Both the position numbers and the translations under genes were made by a program. A stretch of 34,141 nucleotides of DNA from Catajapyx aquilonaris (taxonomy: Eukaryota): the NCBI GenBank assembly GCA_000934665.2, contig KZ539075.1:1-34141 (forward strand). Reading direction: 5' to 3'. Within the stretch, counting starts at the first letter, position 1, and every line of letters starts with the position of its first letter. Positions 1 to 11,400 of this stretch are shown here, piece by piece. Below the pieces are notes generated by a model. It saw nothing but the letters and a program-made list of their open reading frames with translations. It was not told where the DNA came from and did no database searches.

Positions 1-91
1 CCAGACATAATGACTCCTATACTTAAATCGATCCTCTGGTGGCTAGGAAGGCAGTCATATACGTCGGGGCACTGAGTTCAGATACACCCTG
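1..91. mobile_element. Right end of a Tc1/mariner-type MITE, truncated by the window edge
   Basis: Ends ...GATACACCCTG|TA. Near-identical to ~13514-13604 and related to the subterminal repeats of the MITE at 3119-3556. Confidence 0.8.
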
Positions 92-196
92 TATACAGTA
101 GGCCTGTATAATGTTTTTAAAATCTTCAGGGAGTCTGTGGTCATGGCTTTGCCTTTAAAAGCTACCATACTTTACTTTTTTTGTCTGATAATAAAT

Positions 197-442
197 GAGT
201 GGCTAAGAAGCAGAGTGGTTCATGTCGAAAAAGATAGCTTTGAGATAAACGCATGCAAAGTTCTAGGCTTGCTTTGGCAGCCACGGTAAAAGTAAGTCAC
301 ATTAACTTAACAATTTGATACCAAATATTACAAACGTCTTTAGGCCAAGTTACAAAACAGAGTTGGGCATGGGGAATGCCATGCAAGCGACAACTCAAAA
401 TTGCCGAATTTCGACATGAACCACTCTGCTTCTCAGCCACTC
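197..442. mobile_element. Sola-type MITE (246 bp)
   Basis: 34-bp TIR GAGTGGCT(A/G)AGAAGCAGAGTGGTTCATGTCGAAA with 1 mismatch. 4-bp TSD AAAT at 193-196 and 443-446. GAG terminus plus AWWT TSD fits Sola. Confidence 0.8.
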
Positions 443-970
443 AAATTATCACGTGCACAATTATAAGTCATTGACAAATAGAATACAGTGGATATATATA
501 CGTATGTTGAGATGTAGTCAGGCTATCCTTAAAACTTCGGCAAACCATAAAACCCCAACTTTTTAAAACTGTAATCCTATGAAATATCAGAATCAAATAT
601 TGCGAGATTATTCAGTGTTTCCAACATGTGTGTACTGTACGAATTGGCTGTGCATATAAACTGTGAAACCAAGATAACCTTGCAAAAATACTATACACCT
701 GACAAGAATGACAAAGCAGCGTCACTTTTTTATGCATTTACTAATTCACCCTGAAGAAGGCAGTGACCGTGTGAAACAGATATCATAAACTATGTTGGAA
801 TCAAGCCGATAAGATGTGTACTGTGTAGAAAGCCAATATAAACACAATTAAGGTCAGAGAAACTGGAATGCTGGCTTTGAAGCGGCGTCGGCCGCCAAAG
901 CGAAGCAGTCATATAAAGTGCTGGGGATCTACTTCCAGACAGAAGAATCTTGTATTGATAGGTGCCAAAT

Positions 971-1354
971 ATGAGCCTTGCACCTCCTGTGGAGCTGACG
1001 GTAGTAGCGGATATAACCCCAACAGGATCGTTAGCCGCTTCTTCCGAATTGGTGTCGGGTCGTTCGTCATCAGAGGACTCGGTTGATGGTGGACTCGGAA
1101 GAAGTGATGAAAAGTCCATCTCATGGAGCGGCAAGCCCTTCTTGACTAATTTCAAAATCTTACTCGCTAGTGTCACTGTTGAGCCTGTTGCATTCATGTA
1201 CACCGTATGTTCAATGGTTACTAGTCTCCTCAGTCAAAGTTTGCTTCTGGAGAAAGCTTGTCGGGTAAATCTCAATTACACCGATGAGACTTGTCATGAA
1301 CTCCAAACTATGAGTGACCATTCTATGGCAGACATTGAAGAAGATGTGGAGAAG
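971..1354 (+). CDS. SLC46-like exon 1 (MSLAPP...EEDVEK)
   Basis: ATG at 971, preceded by a possible acceptor AG at 960-961 (a non-coding exon may lie upstream). Donor AAG|GTAATC at 1355. Contains TVEP and EKAC.VNL motifs. Confidence 0.88.
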
Positions 1355-4300
1355 GTAATCTAAGTTTAGAATCATTAGTGATTACAATTTCTCGTTATTG
1401 TTACGGATGGCACAAAAAGCACACTATCTTTTTACAAAAATTACTTTCCATCAGCAATTCACACATTTATCAAAATACCTGGTTTATCTAATCTATGTTA
1501 CACTCAAGTTATGATCCAGATAAGATAAAGTAATAGAGCTACTTGGGGAAAACAGCTTGCCAATGTAACGTCGACTTTTTTTTCCAAAAATATGTTTATC
1601 AATTTAACTTGACATTTTTATACCATATAGAGTAGAGCGAATTCATAGTCACGGCGATATACGTAAATCATACTTAATTATTGTCTGTGCCATGCTACAA
1701 GTCGTTACTGACGTAATTGTAAACTGTGTGTCTTCAAAAATAAGGTGTAAGTTATAGAATATCCTGGCCATTCTCCCATAATATTGCCTTGGGGAGGTGT
1801 GGTGGCCGAGATGGTAACGTCTCGGCTTGCTGAGTGAAAGGTCCCAGGTTCAATCCCCGCCTGGGAATTCCCTTTCACCTGCGTCGGGAGGGTCTCTGAC
1901 CTGCACCTTGGAGGTGTCTGGCAACCTAACCTCTTGGGGGACTGCACATGGCCCAAACTTGAGCATTGCACCTGCACCAGTGTCCCCTCCCTGAAAATCC
2001 ATATCCTTACCTAATATCCTTGATTCCATGCACCGGAGATTGAAGTTAAACAAATAAGAAAACTGATGGTGGTGTGCCACCTCCCAAAAGGCCCATGTAG
2101 CCCTATCACGGGGAAAAATAAATAAATAAAATATTATTGCTTTTTAAATTCAAATTTTAATGTTATCATTAAGAATACACTGGAGCTCTTAAGGTGAAGT
2201 AGAGCGAGTTCCAAAAACAACGAAAGTGTAGAAAAAACTCCACATGGCACTTTTTTAAAATTAAAACGAATTATCTCGGAAAGAAGCTGAGCCGAGCCTA
2301 AAGTGATACTGAAAACATGATATTCACCATATAAGTTTGTCTGTAAAATTTATAAACAACCTTCCAAGTGTCAGGTTCCTGACACATCCTGACACAATGT
2401 TCTCGCTCTATTGTAGAACATACGGGATTCGTTCTGAAATGCGTCTAAATTGCGAGTTCAATGTATAATACACTATTAGCAACATAATCTGTAGAAAGCA
2501 TTGGAAAACCTGTACTTTGAATACGAATCATAGGATATTCAACCTTATGTACACTCTAGCAGTCAGTACAACCAGAAAAATATACAATGGGTATGGTGCG
2601 TATTTTTTAAAGGTACGCAGATTGTAACATTAATTTAATAACTAACCGTTTTTTACAGGTATCTGCGGGCATTCTTGAATGGAAAACTCCACTGGAATTC
2701 ACATTTCCTATTGTATTCATCCTATTTCTCGGACCATGGACAGATAGGCATGGTCGAAAGTTGGCTTTAATTTTGCCCATCTTAGGGTTGACACTGATGG
2801 ATCTGGGACTTGTTCTAAACGCCATTATGGACAATTGGGCGGCGGAAATTGTGGGAATTTTTCTGGCCGTACCTTCCACCCTTACTGGATCAACCATGAC
2901 ATTTTACATGGCCATCTACAGTTTTATTACGGACGTGTCATCTGTGCAAAGTCGAACATGCAGAGTAGGTGTTATCACGACCTTTACTTCAATGGGGAGC
3001 GCCATTGGACTCTCTTTAACAGGAATTCTACACAAGTTAGTATATGTAACTTTCTCTTTTTGACAAATGAGAAATGAGCAATGTTAATGTTATCCTATCT
3101 ATTACAGTAAAACTTCTACAGGGTGTATCAAAACTCTACCGCAAGCTATGTGCCAATGGCATAAGGGGCACCAGAGCATCATTATATGTAGAGGGGTCAT
3201 CATGTCTAGGCAGCCTCATTACGGAGATAATTGCCTTCAAACACGTAGTACAAAGTATCCTGGGAGGTATGAAAACCTTCAGCCCCGACATCGCATCACT
3301 TGTGAAAATAGCAGCTTTTCCATTTAGCTACTAGCATGTCGCATGTGTACTGCATGTCGCATGTGATCTGTGACCATTTGTGACAATCTGTGACAATCTG
3401 TGACAATCACTCTTAGGCCCAATTGCTAAATCGCAAATGATCAATTATCTCAGTAATGAGGCTGCCCAGACATAATGACTCCTCTACATTAATTGATCCC
3501 CTGGTGCCCATTAAGCCATTGGCATATGGCTTACGGTAGAGTTTTGATACACCCTGTATAAGTCGAATCTCCATGGGACCGGGAAAAAACTTCGAGTTAG
3601 AGAAGTTTGGAATTTTTAAAGCACAGAACTCTAGTATAAGGAAGCCTACCTTTATATCCAGTGACGAAACGTGTTCAAAACTTGAAAATAACTGTCACTA
3701 TCACACTTGCAATGTTTCTCATTGTTTTGTTGTAAAAAAAACTCCGTTATGCCTTACTCTTAGATTCAAGGATTCAATTGTTACAATCGAGTCAAACAAT
3801 TCTTTAGGTACGTCTGATAGACGGAGATCAGGAAATTGAGCTTTTATGTACATGTGGTCTACTCTTGACCCTTCGGCTGGGAAATGAGACAATTCTCCGT
3901 ACTCGCCAACATGAACTTTGACTTAGGGAGACTGAAAATGCATTGCCCTGCCTGCACTTCGAGTTATGGAGAACTTTGAGTTATAGAAATTCAAGTTAGG
4001 GAAGTTTATTTCCTATTATTTTACATTGTGACCAACCAAGCTCATCATTTTCTTCGACTTATAGAGAACTTCGACTTAGGGAAGTTCGACATAGAAGTTT
4101 TACTGTATTATCACTCGAGTCCGGACTTTTAGGCACGAAAAAACCCCGACATAGGCACGAAAAAACCTCAAATAGGCAAAAAAATTACTTTTCCGGGAGT
4201 AAGGAGGATAATATGTTACAGAAAATAAAAAGCTAGAATAATTTTATATGCCTAAACTTTAGGCCCTAAAGTATAAATATAAGATCACAAACTAGAGCTA

Positions 4301-7300
4301 AAATCGAATAACAACGATAAACTGACAGGAAATCACGAAACTTTGGAAAAATACACAAGTACAAGCAATATAATTATTAAGTATCACTTGTTCTTGACTC
4401 TACCGCTTATAGCCAGTTTTCACTTGCACAATATGTTGCCAAATATTCGTCTAAATTCTCCTTTGTTTGGAACAATCAGAGGAAAATTTAGAAAAATATT
4501 TGGCATGCGCGTCACGGAAACATGATTCGTATTACTTCTGAACGATTTTGGATCTTTCAGGAGCACAAAAATACTCAGCAAAAAACAAACATGCATCTGA
4601 AGGAATAGGTCCGGAATAGGGCCAAAAAGTCCCGAAATTGCTTCGAAAAGTTCAAAAACTATCCCAAAAAAGGCCAAATAGGCATGAAAAGTCGCAAAAA
4701 GCCAGAATATGCAAAATAGTTCTCAAAACCACGAAATATGACATTTTAGGCACTAAAACCTACATTTTCCACATCCTGCACTTATGAAACGGATAGATCT
4801 CTTCCCAAAACCATCCCGACTGTTAAGGAACTAAATAGGAATTTGCCTAAAAATCAGGACTCTAATTATCACATTCGTCAACCAGTTTACGATTCACAGC
4901 CAAATACACTAGGCCTGTATGTTGCTTGAAACATGCAGAAATTGCCCTGAATATGGTACACTTTTTCCAGCAGTGCATGCTAATACACAGGAACAATAAA
5001 TTCAATCCATGTCGGGGGTTAGCTATTTGATACTATGACTTGCATATACTGTATGTTCATGTAAATATTTTATTAGTCATAAAATTATACCGGTACTGAA
5101 ACCATTCCGGCTCTACCGCATGTGATATACGGTACTGTATGAATGTTATTGTTTGCAGATCTCTAGGATTCCCGTGGGTGTTTGCTGCTGCTGCTTGTGT
5201 GGGCACCTTAAATGTGTTATACATTGTGCTCTGGGTTCATGACGTGAAAAGGCCCCAAAACGACTCACAGTCATGCTTTTGCGCAGATTTCTTCGACATA
5301 AAAAACATGGTAGATGTCGTCAAAAATGTCATCAAAAAGAGAAAGAGCACCATGAGGCTGGAATTACACTTGATTTTTATAATCATTCTCCTTTCGTTTT
5401 TCCCTTATGCTGGTAAGTTGTTGACAGCTATATTATTTTGAATTATGCAGATTACGAGGGTCAAGGGGGTAACCACTTCGGTACTCCGGTGTACACCTGC
5501 GAGTGGTACTCCCAGGTACTCCTTACTCTTTAGTCCTTGGTACTCCTTGAATTTGGTACTCCAGTGTACAGTACACTTTTCAGTCGAGTGGTTACCCCCT
5601 TGACGAGGGTTGTTTCAGGTGTATGTGACCGATTTGGAAATGCCATGTAACAGAGTTGCATTGAACCGGGTTGAGTGAAATGCGTATGTACGAAGAGCCC
5701 TTGAAATGCTGCATGTGTCAATGTATATAAGGAAATCGTTCGACGTACGGTGCGCCATGCTCCCGAAAATACCTCCATTTTGGGAGGGATACATAGTTTT
5801 AGCACTTTCCGACGCGGGATACTCGGAGTCCAAGATAGTATACAACAGTGAAAGGTGAAAGGTTACAAGGCATCCAAAGCATGTGTGCAGAGCGTGTTGA
5901 AACGGAACAAGAATGGACCCCCATCAGTCCACGGTGCAGCAGGAAAAGAAGGAAACATGAGCCCCACGTCCCGCCGAAATCGGCTCATCGTTTCAAAGGT
6001 GAGAGCCATATGGTCACCCAGGAGAACCCGAAGACACAACGGCATATCGCATCACGTGTGGGAGAGTCCGTGGCAACCATGGTGGCAACTGTCAATCGCA
6101 TCATCCGGGAAGCTGAGGATAAGTGGCGATTACATGGACAGAATAGCCCAGGAGACCGGGATACGTGCCATACCATTTTCTGCAATCCCCGTCAAATCTC
6201 CTGATGCCTCCCCCATGAATTTCTGTGGATTTCGCCTCCTAAACGAGCCCTTGGAAGTAGGCGCCCCAAGTCAGTGGCTGGGCTCTGGAAAGCTTGCCGC
6301 GAGGAATGGGACGCGATTGACCTCGTATCTTTGCAACGCAGCCTGTTGCAGTGGAAACTCCGTTGTCGGGCGATAGTGCGGAACCAAGGGAAGCACATCG
6401 AGCATAATAGCTGGTGGCGACGAGGCTTCACGTAATGTAAATCGACCATTTCAAATCGGTCACATAGATGTGAAACAATCTTCTGTATACGTCATATGAA
6501 GCAGTAAAATGAAATAGGAGTTTACAAACATTCATATCTGCATTTATGAGCCTTTTAACGCTACGTCATCACAACAAAGGCGGCCGCCATGTTGGTTGGG
6601 TAAAACCCCTATCCCACCCGTGTTGTTGGCATGGTTTTTGAGGTCTGCCGGGGTTTAGGAGCTCTGCTGTGGCCCGTGGTTGGCCCGTGGCCTACCTACG
6701 GGGCTCCCCGACATGGCCCGCTCTTTGGAACCACTGCCGCACTACGCGAAAAGGCTTACTACGGGAGAAGCAAAGAGGCGAGGCGATACGATACTCGATA
6801 CGATACTCTCGTGGGTAAATGATCGCTCCTGCTCGTGTCGTTGGCAGTGTTTGTGCCGGTGTGTGAGGTTCGCCGGGGTTAATTAGTCACACTGCAACTT
6901 CCAGCAGGGAAATAAACACGGGAAATGGTTACTTTGTGGAAAGTGTGAGCTCCGCAAATCAGTCGATGTTTGGTGGGTTACCAACTTTTCTCGACCTTCT
7001 CCACTCTCCTGACGGCGGCCAACAATCTGGCCCTCCCCTCCACATCAATTTGGAACCGAAAAGAAGGCCGGCGTGGCTTACTTACTCGAGATATTGTTGC
7101 AGAAATAACCCGCTCAGCATGCCGCCATGCTGGTTCTGCCCAACCAACATGGCCGCCGCGAAAAAAAAAGGTAAACAAATACGTCACGGCTAAAAGGTCC
7201 ATAAGTTGATATACAGGACAAACTCTCTACTTACAAAAAAGTTAAGGATTGTGCACTCCAACTACAGCTTACATTAATAATATTTTTATAACGTTTCCCC

Positions 7301-10300
7301 CCTTGTTAATCTGGCAACTTGCCCTTGCGAGTTTCAGTTGAGAAAATGTGTATTGGCTAGAAGCCTAGAACAGGTTCAGGGGCTGATCTGATCGTATACG
7401 TTCGTACAGATTATGGCATTTTCACACCACTTGTATTGATTTTGTTGGCACCCTAATGGATATGATTTCCTTATTCAGCAAAATAAGATGTTGTCTAAAC
7501 TCTGCTAAACTCACATTTTATCGTAGAATTCAAGTTACATGGTCTGTTTACTTTTTTCAGGGGAAGGACCACTCATGTATATGTTTACAAGAACAAGGCT
7601 GAACTGGAACGAGATGAAATATGGATTATATGGAACATATCGGATGTTTGTAGCAATGATTGGTAAAATCATTATGGTGAAAAAGTTCACAGTATTTGCA
7701 TAATTCTTTTTGCAGATTATAATATATGAACCATTACAGCAATATTTTTTCAACAGGTACACTTTTTGTCTCCGGCGTACTAAGTTACAAACTAAAGCTT
7801 CGTGATGTTATCGTGGCAATCTCTTCCGTCATCTGTCATTTGACCACGTGCCTCATTTATGCCTTTACAAGCTCAGACTGGCAAATGTTTGTAGGTATGT
7901 ATTATTATCATATTGACCGTTGATATTGGAGAAAGACACTAGACAAAATAATAATGAGTCAAATACTTGGTTAGACACGAGAGGATGAAGCAATTATTCT
8001 GGGAAAAGGCTTTAAAGATCGAGCGTTGCATGACAAATGTATTGTGTCATATGACCTATCAAACAATATGGGCAACATATTCAGTATAGCACCAAAGCAG
8101 CAGCATGGATACAGTGGATATGTTGAAGATTGATTAGCCATTCCATAATTGTAACACATGGGCATGAGTTGTCACACTGTTATGCAGTTTTGTTTCTTTT
8201 CTTATGACGGAACTGTGGCAATATTCTATGCAGTCCCTGTCTCTGTCGTTAGTATTACATTCGACACCATTTTACAAGCACAATGGCACTGGCTTTCTTA
8301 AGTCATTTCGTCTGTCATACGTGAGTCGCTTATTGGCATGGTTGTTGGGTGGTGGGAGTTTAACTATAATTACAAGTGAAATCTATGTTACTCATATAAT
8401 TTTTCACTCTTTATTGCAATAATAATGATTAGTAACAATCATTACCAGACTGACGGGGCTTTCCAAAAGTAGGTGCCATCATACTCCACAGTCACAAAAA
8501 AAGAGCCAGTCTCAGTGCTGAGGAATTGGTTCCTATAGTTTGGCTTGCTTGCAGTGGAGCCATTGCTCTCCATCTGTGGCGGCCCACTGAATTGACACCT
8601 CTTGGCTTTCACCTTTAGATATACTGTAGTATCATATAAAATATAAGATGTATAATACAGGGTGGACGGAAAGTTTCGGACCCCCCCCCCCCAGGTTTTT
8701 TAACCCTACTTTTTACAGCGTCTTTTCACATCTTTTAAAAGTCCACAAGCAGTTCTAATGTACACTATCTTTTGAAGCATAATCTTGAGAACATCTGAGC
8801 ACCTTCGCTCTCGCAATTCCATTAATAACTTCGCCTCTATGACTCATCTAAACATCCTATCTGTTTTGCGTTTATTTTGCTTGTTGCCTTGGAGGACACC
8901 TGGTCATATTCAGCGTCAGATAAGGTTTTTATGGCCCTTTTCCATGAGTTCCCCTTCATGCAAATGTTGTGAACTCACTTCTAACCTTACTTTTTTCTCA
9001 TTGGTACATAACCTGGTCCAATAAAAATTTGAAAAGGAATGCATGAAATGGCGGACCCGGATGCATTACTTTCGAATTCTCACATTGGTACCATCACATT
9101 TGTCTCCATTTTTACTTTAAAATAATTTTTTGGTGCGAAAGGACGTGAACGAAAGGATGTGTGATGTTGATTAATTTACCAAGGTAGGACTGTTTACTGT
9201 CCTTTCCCATAAAAAATTATTTTAAAGTAAAAATGGAGACAAATGTGATGGTACCAATTCGAAAGTAATGCATCCGGGTCCGCCATTTCATGCATTCCTT
9301 TTCAAATTTTTATTGGACCAGGTTATGGACCAATGGAAAAATAAAGTCAGGAGTGAGTTCACAACATTTGCATGAAGAGGAACTCATGGAAAGGGGTCAT
9401 AAAAACCTTATCTGACGCAGAATATGACCAGGGGTCCTCCAAGGCAACAAGCAAAATAAACGCAAAACAGATAGGATGTTTATATGAGTCACAGAGGCGA
9501 AGTTATTAATGGAATTGCGAGAGCGAAGGTGCTCAGATGTTCTCAAGATTATGCTTCAAAAGATAGTGTACATTAGAACTGCTTGTGGACTTTTAAAAGA
9601 TGTGAAAAGACGCTGTGAAAAGTAGGGTTTAAAAACCTGGGGGGGTCCGAAACTTTCCGTCCACCCTGTATATTACGCCACTGTTACCAAAAATCTTCCA
9701 GAAACTGCGACAGTGGATTGTTTTGTAAAGTATGGAAAAAGACATGCTACAGTGTGTTTGGCTGGAAATTCCCTGGAGTTGGGATACGTCTTGTAGGCTA
9801 CATGCGGTGTGGCATGTGGTAGCAAATGAAGAAAAAAACGAAGTTTGTAGCATATACTATTGGTTTCGGGTATAAATATCACTTTTAATTCAAAAGTTAT
9901 TTCATTTCAAAATAGGTCATCTGTTTTTGGAAAGCCTTGTATAAATATGCAATAACTTAAACGGTTGGTCAAGTCACGATCCTCTTTTGTTTCTAGCTTC
10001 CCTAGCTGAAATGTGCAATGGGACTATTTTTATCTCTCGGTCAATGGCTACCAAGATTGTGATGAAAGATGAAATCGGTGAGTTATTTTTCCCTCACAAT
10101 AGTATACTGTAGTGTGTAGTACTTAGTTGAGCCTGAATTAATATAAGAAAATATGTTTATCGAGAAGTAGCTCCGTACGCGAAAATGTTCCTTTCTGGTC
10201 AAATATACAGTAGATCTGCCTATGTCCAAAACTAGTAATGGCGAAAGTCGCGTGCATGCCCTGCACTAATCACCCCTGACTCATGAGGGATTAGTGCAGG

Positions 10301-11269
10301 GCATGCATACGACTTTCTCCCTTACTAGTTTTGGGCATAGGGTGTTTCTCCTTGGGACAGTAGAGATATGATTGTGCATAAACGGTGGTGAAATCTGAGT
10401 CACGTCATACTTTTCTTCAGCACAGTTGATACCATAAAATAATAACCTATAGTTAATTGGGAATGAATATTAAGTATTTTTCTACGTTACATTCCGCATG
10501 TAACTTATCTAACACTGAACAGGGGGAGAGTATTTAAGGCGGCGCAGTAGCAAAAATACGGTAGGCGCATTTCGTAGGGAACTTTATTTTTTTGTCGCAA
10601 AACTCGTCGTTAATCTGAGAAAACATGAAATAGGTGCTTTCGCAAAGGTTTGGCCTTTACAATGGGATACCATATTCGACATGATTGCATTGAAACTGTG
10701 GACGTAGGGGCACAGAAGCGTGACCTATTTTCACACGATTCCGTCGGCCATGTTAATCAAATGGACTTTTTGGAGACGCCATATTCCGCGAACTTCAACT
10801 GACTTGCTGTAAAGGTCACTTATTGAAAATTGAAAAAAGACAAACTACTGCAGGTGCCCTGCACCTGATCATGTACTATTTTTTGGTGCAATTATTTCTG
10901 TGTCGATTGAACCATTTTTTTGCGGCCGTATGGCTACAGATATTTGCAGACATGTCGAATCCCCATATGATGCCTATGCAAGCACGTTTGTTTGGGTCGT
11001 CGGCTCTGCATTGTTACCGTATTTTTGGTACTGCGCCCCCTTAATACGAGGACACCTGTTAAGTTTGTTGCGTTACAATTTTTAACTACTGTATTTTGTA
11101 ATTTCAGGCCAAACAAACGCATTTATTACATGCATAGAATCACTGACTCCTCTAGTAACAGGCCCTCTCTACACCGAGATATACGCCTCAACTCTGGAAT
11201 ACTTCCCAGGAGCATTTTTCCTGCTGTCGGTCGGAGTACTTTTTGTCCCTTATGTTCTGCTTTTGTAAG

Positions 11270-11331
<62 letters not shown>

Positions 11332-11332
11332 G

Positions 11333-11400
<68 letters not shown>

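Larger units (their letters stand above)
5455..6485 (+). mobile_element. Internally deleted Tc1/mariner-superfamily transposon (possibly maT/DD37D-like)
   Basis: TA-flanked ~38-bp imperfect TIRs sharing TATGTGACCGATTTG. Contains a transposase relic. The left TIR is interrupted by the 5462-5602 element. Confidence 0.82.

Noticed and set aside
790..1203. 137-aa minus-strand ORF, and similarly 2607-2897
   Set aside because: Antisense shadows of SLC46 exons 1 and 2.
1791..1865. tRNA gene (also at 15285-15356, 22667-22735 and 27077-27150)
   Set aside because: A/B boxes are present but I see no complete cloverleaf, and each continues into a SINE body with an A-rich tail.
3940..4095. CRISPR-like spaced repeats (also the GGTACTCC repeats at 5480-5572)
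   Set aside because: Short, degenerate, irregular subterminal repeats inside TIR elements, in eukaryotic DNA with no cas genes.
4420..4506. MPNIF...EFRRIFGNILCK as a CGGBP/BED-finger transposase start within the hAT element
   Set aside because: Resemblance too short and weak to support without a profile search.
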